A stretch of 63,548 nucleotides of DNA, counting the filler, from Octopus bimaculoides (Eukaryota), in the NCBI RefSeq assembly GCF_001194135.2. It is 5 parts of 5 records of this genome, joined end to end, with 100 filler letters (N's around TTAATTAATTAA, not from the genome) between each part and the next. Parts side by side here need not be neighbours in the genome. Positions count along the whole stretch, not along the records: positions 61,805 to 63,548 come from NC_068994.1; 4 more parts are not named here. One strand, written 5' to 3'. The first letter of the stretch is position 1. Each line of letters opens with the position of its first letter. Below are positions 62,980 through 63,548 of the stretch, piece after piece. The notes beneath the pieces are model-generated. The model was given only the letters and a program-made list of their open reading frames with translations. It did no database searches and was not told where the DNA came from. The position numbers were made by a program, and so were the translations under genes.

Positions 62980-63203
62980 TCAAGACCACGGGTGAGTTTC
63001 TGAATGTGATATGTTGATCGACTTACTAGAAATAGCAACTAGATACCCTAAATAAACAATCTACCATTCTTAAAATAAAACTTAAAATTAAGTAAGAACA
63101 ATTCTAAATATAATTTCACGAAGGACTTTCGCAAGACAACGGGTGAGTTTCTCAATGTGTTTTGTTGACCGACTTACTTGAAATAGCAGCTAGATAATCT
63201 AAA
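62980..63203. repeat. Imperfect direct repeat of about 75 bp, 150-bp spacing
   Basis: caagac.acgggtgagtttct.aatgtg...gacttact.gaaatagca.ctagata is present twice. Confidence 0.75.
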
Positions 63204-63501
63204 TCGACCCCGCCTCCGCATAATTTTTTTTTAATCATCATTAACATTAAGACAAATTTATTTTTACTTCTTGGTAATACTTGGTTCAGCTTTGCCTTTG
63301 ACATTCTGTTTGTACTCACGGTTCCAGAGACGGATATGAGAAAGGGAGGAAAGAAAGTGCTTATTCTCAAATCAGAATCCTGGCTCAAATTTTAGCAGTA
63401 GATAAGCTGATTACAGATCAGGTAAATATAGTAACAAAATGATATAGAACCAGGTGGATATAATAACGCAATCGTCGAATATTAAAGTTTAACATTTAGG
63501 C

Positions 63502-63504
<3 letters not shown>

Positions 63505-63548
<44 letters not shown>
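63505..63548. repeat. (GT)n microsatellite
   Basis: Direct reading. Confidence 0.95.

Overview
AT-rich eukaryotic DNA dense in microsatellites and repeats, with many N gaps. The SINE families and the TTAATTAATTAA gap pads suggest a coleoid cephalopod draft assembly, probably Octopus; this is inference, not a database hit. I recognise no intact protein-coding gene. Almost all supplied ORFs are artefacts of microsatellites or N gaps, or are transposon remnants. The supportable content is: about 40 tRNA-derived SINE copies from at least 4 families; 5'-truncated R4/Dong-like (RLE) non-LTR retrotransposons; Tx1 and RTE/Expander LINE fragments; mariner (DD34D) and maT (DD37D) elements; hAT and pogo MITEs; a tandem Helitron; and several minisatellites. 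Best leads: (1) a minimal type-I hammerhead ribozyme at 61846-61894 (-) inside a Penelope-like repeat; (2) RLE elements sitting in (TAA)n tracts supplied by SINE tails, plus a second RLE lineage sitting in (CATA)n; (3) a phase-consistent chain of very small minus-strand candidate exons at 19.9-22.7 kb, with a possible first exon and promoter at 59.4-59.7 kb; (4) a fold-back mariner and a 98-bp near-perfect inverted repeat. Many repeat boundaries are approximate. All family assignments come from motifs read by eye.
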